Shown here: piece by piece, positions 51,831 to 61,907 of the stretch | Layout of the letters: the number at the start of each line of letters is the position of its first letter | Numbering within the stretch: the first letter of the stretch is position 1 | Assembly (NCBI GenBank): GCA_965644295.1 | Contig: CBFFRP010000290.1 | Coordinates: forward strand, 1 to 64,000 | Reading direction: 5' to 3' | DNA length: 64,000 bases | Origin: Paraphysomonas bandaiensis | Taxonomy: Eukaryota; Protista; Chrysophyceae | Made by a program: the position numbers and the translations under genes | Notes under the pieces: model-generated | What the model was told of the DNA's origin: nothing | Database searches by the model: none | The model's input: only the letters and a program-made list of their open reading frames with translations

Positions 51831-51881
51831 GCAAAGAACGGCCAGACACCATTAACTCAAGTGCCTTTTCCACACCAATGA
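49797..51881 (+). CDS. Truncated Gag-protease-integrase polyprotein (last 16 codons come from host sequence)
   Basis: 694-aa ORF; motifs as listed for 49428-51830. Confidence 0.8.
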   Translation: MKKSSNEKLKKFRNKALDQRSRGQGAEALTPTVPILKYGTNTNLAVFKQKLTVAAMMLFGDLARLVETDEYYEPPKIKIEDYDLDNDPHGLNLEELKDARKTRQRKIDQMRDNRSAFYAFMYDRLSNESVDAIKQLEEYEEINSSKDPLLLWLAIKQTHKTATNSNVGTIMRAETRKKYQDVRQGPFESIVAYKERFDFLLEAYNDMENPKMEEEDIAMDFFRGLDDTRYEEFKTSFMNDLMMGTQKPPKHVNEIYTKASKYITPKRGAKPNGGVAFVSRKDTSTKQQRRAGDADDKTKSNGTDESKGGVRKHRGPIVCWGCGKTGHKLNQCQENVEPEEKQCSVTMQNAFTSGGERFEWYEVLLDNQADVSVVHPWLLTDVRPADRKCKVAGLSGHAVELPNVGELPQFFTCKTADNLRVSVLCQADVEDLYPIVYEPGVSYTVCLPNRELVFYRRNKMYIADMWDWVTQGRVNITTTRMKEQEYTKSEVVRARRALELVRNAGFDSEQGAMNLVSDGNVTDVPLTAQDVRRAFDIYGKPYEAVRGKTTKRKSCRQYVDVEIKADQPKPQRLYTDIFSVRKQPFLITLSEPLGLTLVSPVASEKTDDLGLAFQEQVSLLRSHGFAPTVAYLDPQPGFQPLRGQITGVEVDVCGAGDHMDKVDLKIRRLKETIRSVQAAKNGQTPLTQVPFPHQ

Positions 51882-52451
51882 GACGTGGAAGACGCTGTGT
51901 ACCTCCCGCACCTGCACATAGATAATTGAGGAATGAATGACATACGCTTAGAACTTATTACCCGGGAGAATGCCAAGATGTACTTCAGGTAACCCCACAG
52001 ATGCAGTTGGAGACGCCATTCTCCAGTGACACGAAAGTGCAACCTCTAAACCACCGCCCAGTGCCACACCATTGATACAGGCAACAAGCGGTTTATCAAA
52101 CTCGTCTAGTGAAGCAATTACCTGCATTATTCAATAAATATTTGAGATGTTCTGCACATAACACACACCTCTGTGAGTCCAGGCTTCATCATATGCTTCC
52201 CAAGTGAGAACTCAGCGATGTCAGCTCCTGCAGAGAAGTTCTTTCCTTCTCCAAACAGCACCAGAGAGTTGCTTCTATCAGATCGAGCCTGATCCAACAG
52301 TCTCAACACGCCGTCTCGAACAGCCAGTGAGAACCCTGTCAGCATACAGCTCACCACATCAACAGCTGTTACAGATATGTATGATACCATTAACAGGAGG
52401 ATTAGATATCTTTATAAATGAAACTCCGTTCTTCAAAAAATAATGAGCCAT
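51831..52451 (-). pseudogene. Duplicated 5' fragment of the EHHADH-like gene
   Basis: Copy of 48506-49126; the 3' part is missing and it abuts the Copia. Confidence 0.85.
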
Positions 52452-53383
52452 TCAAACGATCTGACGGGTTAAGTGACAATAAATGGTTTCAATGCTGTGC
52501 AGTGCTGTCGACTTGCTATCATGAATATGAATCAAGACGAACATACATATAATGAGTGCATATGTGAAGCTTTTGGCTTCACACTAGGGGTTTTTAGATG
52601 AGGAAAAAACCCATAGAGCTTCACATATGCAGTCCATACATATAATGAGTGCATATGTGAAGCTTTTTGCTACAACTGTGAAGCTACGTATTCTCTGTAT
52701 ACTGTGTATATGGTATACATAGGTATACGTGTACGTATATGAGTGTATACCTCTGGGTGACTTCGAAGTGAATGTGATGTGGAGATATGCATATACGAGT
52801 ACATGATTCAGAGGCTCTGCTGCCTCCTCTACTCACAGACACGAGTGAGGACTATCAACAGTGTGTGGTCATAGTGGTGTATAGTGGTGTGGGCTCCTCA
52901 TGAGGAGAGAGACTCGTATGATCATATGAATAATACCGCAGCAGATACACACACATACATACAGAACACCCACACACATATACATGCATAGACCGCATGG
53001 AGCACCCTGAATAGTCATATAGCTGCACCAGAAGCCTTCACCACTAATGCGCTCCTGAGTGTGTTATTTTATATGGTGTATCTGCATTAATGGTGCTGTG
53101 GAAGCTTATGTATCCGTTAGAAGACTGTGACGCTGTTGTTAATGCAGCTGGTGGTGATCGTCCATATGAGGACTTCCTCTATAAGGATAACATATGAGTA
53201 ATATGAGAGTGTGGATGAGTTGTGGGGGTGGTGAGAGTGTATGTATGTGGTAGATGGGCGCCTCTTACGACCCAACCAGTGAAGAGCCTGTCGACCATAT
53301 GACTCCTAATACTGTATCATTCGTAATGATCTGTTTTGTCATGTAAATATGACTGAGGTTTACATATATCATTTATCAAGATT

Positions 53384-53530
53384 AAGGTGATGTCGAAGAT
53401 AAGATGTATGTGTATGTATGAAGGTGATGTCGAAGATAAGATGTATGTGTATGTATGAAGGTGATGTCGAAGATAAGATGTATGTGCATGTATGTATGAA
53501 GGTGTTGTCGTAGATAACATATGTATGTAC
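53384..53530. repeat. 37/41-bp minisatellite, about 4 copies
   Basis: Unit AAGGTGATGTCGAAGATAAGATGTATGTGTATGTATG. Confidence 0.9.
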
Positions 53531-53662
53531 ATATATTACTAGTGTTGTGTATCAGACCGTGTAGAGTCGTTTACTAATCATTTATCAAGATGACGGTGCT
53601 ATTGTAGCTAAGAGATTGTAGCGTTTGATATGCACTACTTAAAATTAAAGAACTATCATTTA

Positions 53663-54665
53663 TCAATGCCGTACACGATTGAACTTGCAGATTTCATTGT
53701 ACAAGCAACGTACGAAATTCACAATTATATCCAGCACACTATAAAATATTTCATCATTAGCACGTGGAGGAACATTATTGAGGTTGCTGTATCCATCTGG
53801 CAGCAGCCCATTATCACTCACGATAGTATTAACAAATGACCTCACGCACTGTACTAGCTCGAGTACAAGCAATAACATCACTCTTCTGTAGTCAAACGTC
53901 AACCGACGACTTATGAGACGATATGGTCTTATTCCGCTCACCCTATCTCCATAGAACCATAAATCATACAGACAGATCAATTGAATTCTGGCTGTAAATC
54001 TTCAACCCTTTGAAACGAAGTGCATAATCTGATCATCTTATCAGTTAAAGGGTTTCCACCATTTCATATTACATTCATGATTATCTTGCATAATGCTCTT
54101 CTTTATCACTGACTTTTATGTCCGCTTTGTGCCCTTGCTCTTGAACAAGCATTGAGTCACCTTTCCAGCCAAAAAGTTCAATCATCAATGAAGCTACTGA
54201 ATCAGATCTACTCATCAAATTCCACATCAGTACAAAATATGCCCACATGAACAAGATATAGGACCAACTGCCTGCAATGGCATAGTGTACCATTAACATC
54301 ATCTTCGTCGCTAACGTGTTACAGCCATTCTTCTTCAGTTCATTGATATCTTTCTTGTAGCCATCTATTGCCTGGCTTAGTTCTACATATGCCCAAAGTA
54401 ATCAAGACAGATGTCTTTCGGGAATGGAATCTTCAAATTTTCATCATCATCAGAGCTTCAGGGTACTCTGCTTTACACCACACTGCAATATGGCCAACCT
54501 TTGCTTGTATGCTGCTTTCATTCCTGCTTTAGTTCGTTTCTTCTTATAGTCAGATACATTATCAGCATTGGAGTCAACAGACACAACCGGCTGTCGGCGT
54601 ATACGGCCACTTCCTCTTCCCCTTTGAGGCAACTCTTCTTCCCTGTCTGAATCTGTCTCACTCAT
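53663..54665 (-). pseudogene. Internally deleted Crypton(S)-type tyrosine recombinase
   Basis: MSETDSD...YKQRLAIL/WCKAEYPEA.DDDENLKIPFP..ICLDYFGH / ELSQAIDGYKKDINELKKNG / LFMWAYFVLMWNLMSRSDSVASLM..FGWKGDSMLVQEQGHKAD / LYDLWFYGD...IRPYRLI. WNLMxR and HKxD correspond to the catalytic R and K region of oomycete/diatom Crypton YRs (recognition from memory of the family, not a search). Confidence 0.8.
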
Positions 54666-55700
54666 GTTCGCAGTAACTATGGTCGAATATTGATATATGC
54701 CTCTAACGGATATGACGTTCAAGGAGAATAGTAGAGTATTCTAACAGTGTAAAGTGACAATTTCCCTGTAAAATGGTATTTTTATTATAGCAAAGTGCCG
54801 GTTTTTGTGTGAAGCCTAAAGCTTCACATATGCATTGAATATGATTATCTACTATATATTTGTCCGTATTCGAGGCATATGTGAAGCTTTTGGCTTCACA
54901 CTAGGGGTTTTTAGATGAGGAAAAAACCCATAGAGCTTCACATATGCAGTCCATACATATAATGAGTGCATATGTGAAGCTTTTTGCTACAACTGTGAAG
55001 CTACGTATTCTCTGTATACTGTGTATATGGTATACATAGGTATACGTGTACGTATATGAGTGTATACCTCTGGGTGACTTCGAAGTGAATGTGATGTGGA
55101 GATATGCATATACGAGTACATGATTCAGAGGCTCTGCTGCCTCCTCTACTCACAGACACGAGTGAGGACTATCAACAGTGTGTGGTCATAGTGGTGTATA
55201 GTGGTGTGTGCTCCTCATGAGGAGAGAGACTCGTATGATCATATGAATAATACCGCAGCAGATACACACACATACATACAGAACACCCACACACATATAC
55301 ATGCATAGACCGCATGGAGCACCCTGAATAGTCATATAACTGCACCAGAAGCCTTCACCACTAATGCGCTCCTGAGTGTGTTATTTTATATGGTGTATCT
55401 GCATTAATGGTGCTGTGGAAGCTTATGTATCCGTTAGAAGACTGTGACGCTGTTGTTAATGCAGCTGGTGGTGATCGTCCATATGAGGACTTCCTCTATA
55501 AGGATAACATATGAGTAATATGAGAGTGTGGATGAGTTGTGGGGGTGGTGAGAGTGTATGTATGTGGTAGATGGGCGCCTCTTACGACCCAACCAGTGAA
55601 GAGCCTGTCGACCATATGACTCCTAATACTGTATCATTCGTAATGATCTGTTTTGTCATGTAAATATGACTGAGGTTTACATATATCATTTATCAAGATT

Positions 55701-55890
55701 AAGGTGATGTCGAAGATAAGATGTATGTGTATGTATGAAGGTGATGTCGAAGATAAGATGTATGTGTATGTATGAAGGTGATGTCGAAGATAAGATGTAT
55801 GTGCATGTATGTATGAAGGTGTTGTCGTAGATAAGATCTGTGTGCATGTTTGTATGAAGGTGTTGTCGTAGATAACATATGTATGTACAT
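55701..55890. repeat. 37/41-bp minisatellite, about 5 copies
   Basis: Same unit as 53384-53530 with one extra copy. Confidence 0.9.
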
Positions 55891-56020
55891 ATATTACTAG
55901 TGTTGTGTATCAGACCGTGTAGAGTCGTTTACTAATCATTTATCAAGATGACGGTGCTATTGTAGCTAAGAGATTGTAGCGTTTGATATGCACTACTTAA
56001 AATTAAAGAACTATCATTTA

Positions 56021-57023
56021 TCAATGCCGTACACGATTGAACTTGCAGATTTCATTGTACAAGCAACGTACGAAATTCACAATTATATCCAGCACACTAT
56101 AAAATATTTCATCATTAGCACGTGGAGGAACATTATTGAGGTTGCTGTATCCATCTGGCAGCAGCCCATTATCACTCACGATAGTATTAACAAATGACCT
56201 CACGCACTGTACTAGCTCGAGTACAAGCAATAACATCACTCTTTTGTAGTCAAACGTCAACCGACGACTTATGAGACGATATGGTCTTATTCCGCTCACC
56301 CTATCTCCATAGAACCATAAATCATACAGACAGATCAATTGAATTCTGGCTGTAAATCTTCAACCCTTTGAAACGAAGTGCATAATCTGATCATCTTATC
56401 AGTTAAAGGGTTTCCACCATTTCATATTACATTCATGATTATCTTGCATAATGCTCTTCTTTATCACTGACTTTTATGTCCGCTTTGTGCCCTTGCTCTT
56501 GAACAAGCATTGAGTCACCTTTCCAGCCAAAAAGTTCAATCATCAATGAAGCTACTGAATCAGATCTACTCATCAAATTCCACATCAGTACAAAATATGC
56601 CCACATGAACAAGATATAGGACCAACTGCCTGCAATGGCATAGTGTACCATTAACATCATCTTCGTCGCTAACGTGTTACAGCCATTCTTCTTCAGTTCA
56701 TTGATATCTTTCTTGTAGCCATCTATTGCCTGGCTTAGTTCTACATATGCCCAAAGTAATCAAGACAGATGTCTTTCGGGAATGGAATCTTCAAATTTTC
56801 ATCATCATCAGAGCTTCAGGGTACTCTGCTTTACACCACACTGCAATATGGCCAACCTTTGCTTGTATGCTGCTTTCATTCCTGCTTTAGTTCGTTTCTT
56901 CTTATAGTCAGATACATTATCAGCATTGGAGTCAACAGACACAACCGGCTGTCGGCGTATACGGCCACTTCCTCTTCCCCTTTGAGGCAACTCTTCTTCC
57001 CTGTCTGAATCTGTCTCACTCAT
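56021..57023 (-). pseudogene. Second copy of the deleted Crypton-type tyrosine recombinase
   Basis: Offset 2358 from the first copy. Confidence 0.8.
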
Positions 57024-57582
57024 GTTCGCAGTAACTATGGTCGAATATTGATATATGCCTCTAACGGATATGACGTTCAAGGAGAATAGTAGAGTATTCT
57101 AACAGTGTAAAGTGACAATTTCCCTGTAAAATGGTATTTTTATTATAGCAAAGTGCCGGTTTTTGTGTGAAGCCTAAAGCTTCACATATGCATTGAATAT
57201 GATTATCTACTATATATTTGTCCGTATTCGAGGCATATGTGAAGCTTTTGGCTTCACACTAGGGGTTTTTAGATGAGGAAAAAACCCATAGAGCTTCACA
57301 TATGCAGTCCATACATACATACATACATACATACACCCCCACACCCCAGTATCTTCCGTGTATGTATGTATGTATGTACATATTCGTAGAGGTAGGTAGG
57401 TACGTATATTCAGGTATTCTTATTGTAGTGTTGTAGTGTATCACTACATGCTCAAGGTGTCGTAGTTGAGAAGGAGTAAGTTCAGTCGTCAGGAAGAGTC
57501 GCATGTCCTGTGAGTGTGACATACTGTATATGCATATATAACATCACTGCTCAGCATTCAGTCTACACACCAAATCTCTCAC

Positions 57583-58375
57583 ATGTCAAGTTTTGGTTCT
57601 CGTACATCAACAGGTTCAAAAGTTGTTCTGAATGTGTATGATCTCGGCCCGTACAATGACATGCTGTATCAATGGGGTATGGGGACATACCATAGTGGTG
57701 TACACGTAAACGGAAGAGAGTTTACATTTGCAGAGGGGGCTGGAGTTTTCTCACATGAGCCAAAGGATGTACCAGGAGATGCTCGTTTCAGAGAGGCCAT
57801 AGAGTTGGGATCGTTCAGCGGCTCGTTGAGTGAATTTGATGGCATATTAGACGAACTCAGAAGCCAATTCGCCGGAAACTCATATAATGTATTGACCAAA
57901 AACTGTAACCACTTTGCCGAAGCTTTTGTGTTAAAACTATTGAATAAACCTATCCCAGGTTATGTTAATCGTTTAGCTACTCTGGGTGGAATGGTCAGTT
58001 GTCTGTTTCCCCCATCTATGTTAGGAAACGCCCCTGTGAACCAGCAAAAGAGCACAGACTTATCTGGTGGTAATGCGTATCAAGTTATTGCACCAAGAAA
58101 TAAGGTCCCATCTAATCAGCCTACTCCCGCCCCATTACAAGCTTTCGCTGGATCTGGGCGAGTGCTCGGTATGTTTATACTCAGCATTCTACATACCTGA
58201 CTTTTCTTATAATGAAGGATCATCAAGTGGCACTTCATCGACATCTGAAAATCTTGGTCTCAATGTATGTGATTGACATGTCTGTAAAATTAATGTTATT
58301 TCTATGTTCTAGGATCGGCGGGAAAGAGCAAGAGCTGCCGCTTTGAAACGGTTTGAAGGAAATGCATCCACATAG
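57583..58375 (+). CDS. PPPDE/DeSI family deubiquitinating/deSUMOylating isopeptidase
   Basis: VVLNVYDL, YHSGVHVNGREFTF, YNVLTKNCNHF (catalytic H and C); two short 3' introns, ends DRRERARAAALKRFEGNAST*. Confidence 0.92.
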
Positions 58376-59020
58376 CCACGAAGTTATTGTATTTTGTGGT
58401 TGTGTGTGTATTGTAATATATTGAATCTCTTGCAAGTATGTTATGGGGTTTGTGTATCATATAGTATGAGGTCTATGCATACGTAGTTCACAGCACTACA
58501 TTAATATCGACTTTCAAATATGTTGAATTGATTTCATCACAATATACTAGGAATTACAACACTTGTTAGCGCATTATTAAACATGTTAAGAACAATTATT
58601 ATTGCAATTTCAGTAGGGGCTCAGAGTTGAAATAAATCCTTATTCTAATGTTGCTTGATAACTGCGATGTCTTATTACTAGTCAAATTCTAATCACTTGA
58701 GCAACTTGTTCTTTACCTACAATCATAATCTTAATAGCAGGGCCTGGTAACCATTAATGAGCCATTAATGGTAGTCCAGTTCCCGGCAATTATAATTATA
58801 ATGATGGTATTAAGTTAATATCTGTAATAATAACTCTCTTATATATACAGTGTACAGTGTACAGCACCAAGATCTTTGCGCTACATAACAGAGTTTCCAC
58901 GTTTACTAAATTTAATGGGAGCTGTACCACCTGTTAGGTTGTCTGTCAGCATAATTACGAAATCAGTTATATGCACAAAAAATTGTACTTCCGGAAAGAC
59001 CAAATACTACTCCTCGTCAA

Positions 59021-59625
59021 CTATAATTCCACAGTCTCAGCATTTCGTGCACGAATTAACAATTCTTTAAATCCTGTAGTATTATCATATTCTCGAACAA
59101 ATTGAAGCAAAGGTTGCTCAAGAATAACTATTTCTGCAGTAGTATGAATAACACATCCGTGCAACACGTGACCCCCTTTGCAGTCTCCTTTTTCGTCACA
59201 AACCGTCATATGCAAATGCGTATTAAAAACATCACTGCTACCATCAGAACCACCATATGATAGGGTTCCTGTAAGACTTGTGATTTCAAAGTTTCTATCT
59301 TGCATATTCAATACTTCCATTGAGTTCGACTTCACGCTTGTAGCTAATCGCAACGCAACACTGCTCAGTGATCCAACGCACGATACAACGGCACCGGCTC
59401 TAATGCTGTAGGATTTCGTGAGTAACTCCAATTCCCTCTGTGGTTAAATTAATGCCAAAATGAATTGAATTAAGTAACTACCCTCATATCTTGGCCAGGT
59501 CGTAATCTCACACTTACAGTATACACTGAGCTCGATACACCTGTATCATGAGTCCCTTGTGTTGGTGAGGCATCAACTGACCATCCCAAGCATACTAAAA
59601 TCAATACAATAGAGCTGAGCTGCAT
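59021..59625 (-). CDS. PPC/DUF296 domain protein with predicted signal peptide
   Basis: MQLSSIVLILVCLGWSVDA; VRLRPGQDM/..SCVGSL..FEITSLTGTL...HLHMTVCD..G...GGHV..GC.IHTTAEI; one intron. Confidence 0.88.
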
Positions 59626-59967
59626 CGATGCCAATACATAAAGGTAGCACACTCCTACTTGCAAAGTGCTGCAATAAGAAAGAGAAGAGTACGTGATAGT
59701 ATAGTATGGTGTGGATACCACACAGCCATGTCCACTACGCACCCCTGCTGTACATATATACAGTACTGTACATATAGGTACAACAGTGCACACGTACACA
59801 CCTTCATACACTCTATATAGAGCAGTACACGGGTACATGTATACTCACATGGAGGTGTAGGAGAGTACGTACACATTCTTATATAGCTAGCAGCGCCCCT
59901 GATAGAAGTCCAGAGGACATCCATACATTAGAGATTGTTGATCGAATAAGTGCTATAACTCACAGCA

Positions 59968-60344
59968 ATGGATATTGTTACATCTGACCAACTGAAAGAG
60001 AGGATCGAGGAAGCCTTGGATCCTATCTTTGTGAGTGTGGAGGACGTGTCTGACGGCTGCGGTCAAAAGTTTGAGATTGTAGTAGCTAGTGGGTGTGTAG
60101 ACCACCTTAACACCTTGTATTTTGCTTATTAATATTCATTACGTGTAGACAATTTGCAGGAGTTGCAATGCTCGCTCAGCATAGACTCGTGAACAAGGTA
60201 TATATTCATACGTATATTGAACGGTTTAAATGGTATACTGTGCAACAGGCAATAGAGGAATATCGTGATAGAATTCATGCATTGTCATTGAAAACAATGA
60301 CCCCAGAGAAGTGGGAGAAACAGAAGAGCAATATTGATTCCTAG
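59968..60344 (+). CDS. BOLA2: BolA-like protein (BolA2 type)
   Basis: MDIVTSDQLKERIEEAL...EDVSDGCGQKFEIVVAS/.QFAGVAMLAQHRLVNK/AIEEYRDRIHALSLKTMTPEKW; two introns; not in the ORF track. Confidence 0.9.
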
Positions 60345-60759
60345 ATCCGCTGCATTCTTGAGCTGTGTTGTGTTAAGCAAGAGAAGATGAGGTAGAACAC
60401 TTGCAAAGTATACGCAACGCGTAAATATAAATTTGTTTATTTTTTTGTCCTCTCTGTTCGCTCAATATCTGTATGGATTCGGATGTTTACATTACAGCTG
60501 CAATACATTGACTAGTATAGACCCAGTATATAAATTTGCTGCTATGAAGACGGCCGGAAAACAGTATTTTGCAATGTGTACCATCAATCCTAGCTACGTA
60601 GTACTTGAACCTATTTCGAATATGTAATACATCAAGCTAATTTCATCTAGAAACGTTCATACTTCTTGTACTAAAGGCTTCGTTTCTGAAACTTTGTACG
60701 ACCATGGATAAAGGGTACGTATATTATATGCTGCATATATATTATATATTTAATATACG

Positions 60760-61665
60760 TATACCCATTTTGTCTCAAAAAAATGTTTTGATCGGAATTG
60801 GGTTCAACAGAACGCTCATACTAGCACCAGGTAAATATAGAAATTAAACATTTATATTTGGTTTGAAGAAAACTCGCTTCTACGTTGATTATGATAATGA
60901 CTTTGATTCGTATGTAATTCATTATTCATTATATTACACAATTGTGAAATAAACACAACAATGAGTCAACTTTCAAAAGCAGATCATCATACACTCCAAG
61001 CTATATTTCATCCTTAGCCTGATGTAGAAGATCATCATGTTTACATTGTAAGCAATCTATTTTCATTACCTGACCTGATCTTCATCGCCAGGACTTCGAA
61101 ACAACTTCGGGAATATTACTGGTGGAGAATATTAAGGAGATGAAGATGATTAGGAGTACTGGCACCCAATCTATTCCGGTTTCGGGCCACGACGTGCGTA
61201 TCATATCATACACAATACACACAGCATTTGAGTTAGTTGCACTAGCAAGGGTTACGTGATGTATCTCAATGTGATGATGATGCCCGCAACATAAAAGAGC
61301 CTTGCGTGACTACAACTTTTTACATTCATCATCACATTTACATACAAATTTCAATACCTCACAGTTGCTATACACATAAGAATCGTTCTGTGGTAGGAGT
61401 ACATTTGTTGTAGCCAGTAGCCATTATTTTAATTGCCATTCTTTAAGCTTATATATAGATCCCATTAATATTTTATTTTTTCTTAATGTTAATCAGGGAA
61501 ACTCTATTTCCTCATACAGCAAGCCAGCTACAAATAGATACATTAAAAATGCTAGATTAAAAAAATAGTCATGAAGATAATCTACAATTTAACCTGGGGA
61601 TAAGGAGTACTTTCATCCAAAATTTTTAGCGCAGAATGATGTAGCCTCCTTATTACTTGTGGATA
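60760..61665. repeat. Old dispersed repeat, copy 2
   Basis: Diverged colinear match to 18630-20170, lacking the nested 19593-20117 element. Ends are approximate. Confidence 0.75.
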
Positions 61666-61907
61666 GCTAGCTATACCTTCAAGATTACTTAACACTTTTC
61701 ATTCATTTTAGAGACCAATCAAATCGTATAACCACTAGTCAGACAAAAGTATGCGCAGCAAGCGTATTAAGTTATAATAAACATTATTATTATGCGGTAA
61801 GATTGATTTCGTTTCGAGAATATTAAATATGGTAATAAAATAATTATAATGTCATAAATCAAATTATGTAGCCAATAGAGCAGCGAGAAAATAAGAGCAG
61901 AACGGAA

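Larger units (their letters stand above)
52542..57317 (-). mobile_element. Tandem array of a non-autonomous Crypton-like (tyrosine recombinase) element: 93-bp mini unit + 2317-bp unit + 2358-bp unit
   Basis: CATACATA cores at 52542, 52635, 54952 and 57310; internal junctions flanked by inverted 15-mers; each large unit has degenerate YR frames. Confidence 0.8.

Noticed and set aside
53384-53530. 37-bp repeats as a CRISPR array
   Set aside because: No unique spacers, no cas genes, eukaryotic context; this is a tandem minisatellite.
58750-58772. 10-bp perfect hairpin ACCATTAATG-AGC-CATTAATGGT between convergent genes
   Set aside because: Explained by a short duplication of a self-palindromic CATTAATG; no other support for function.
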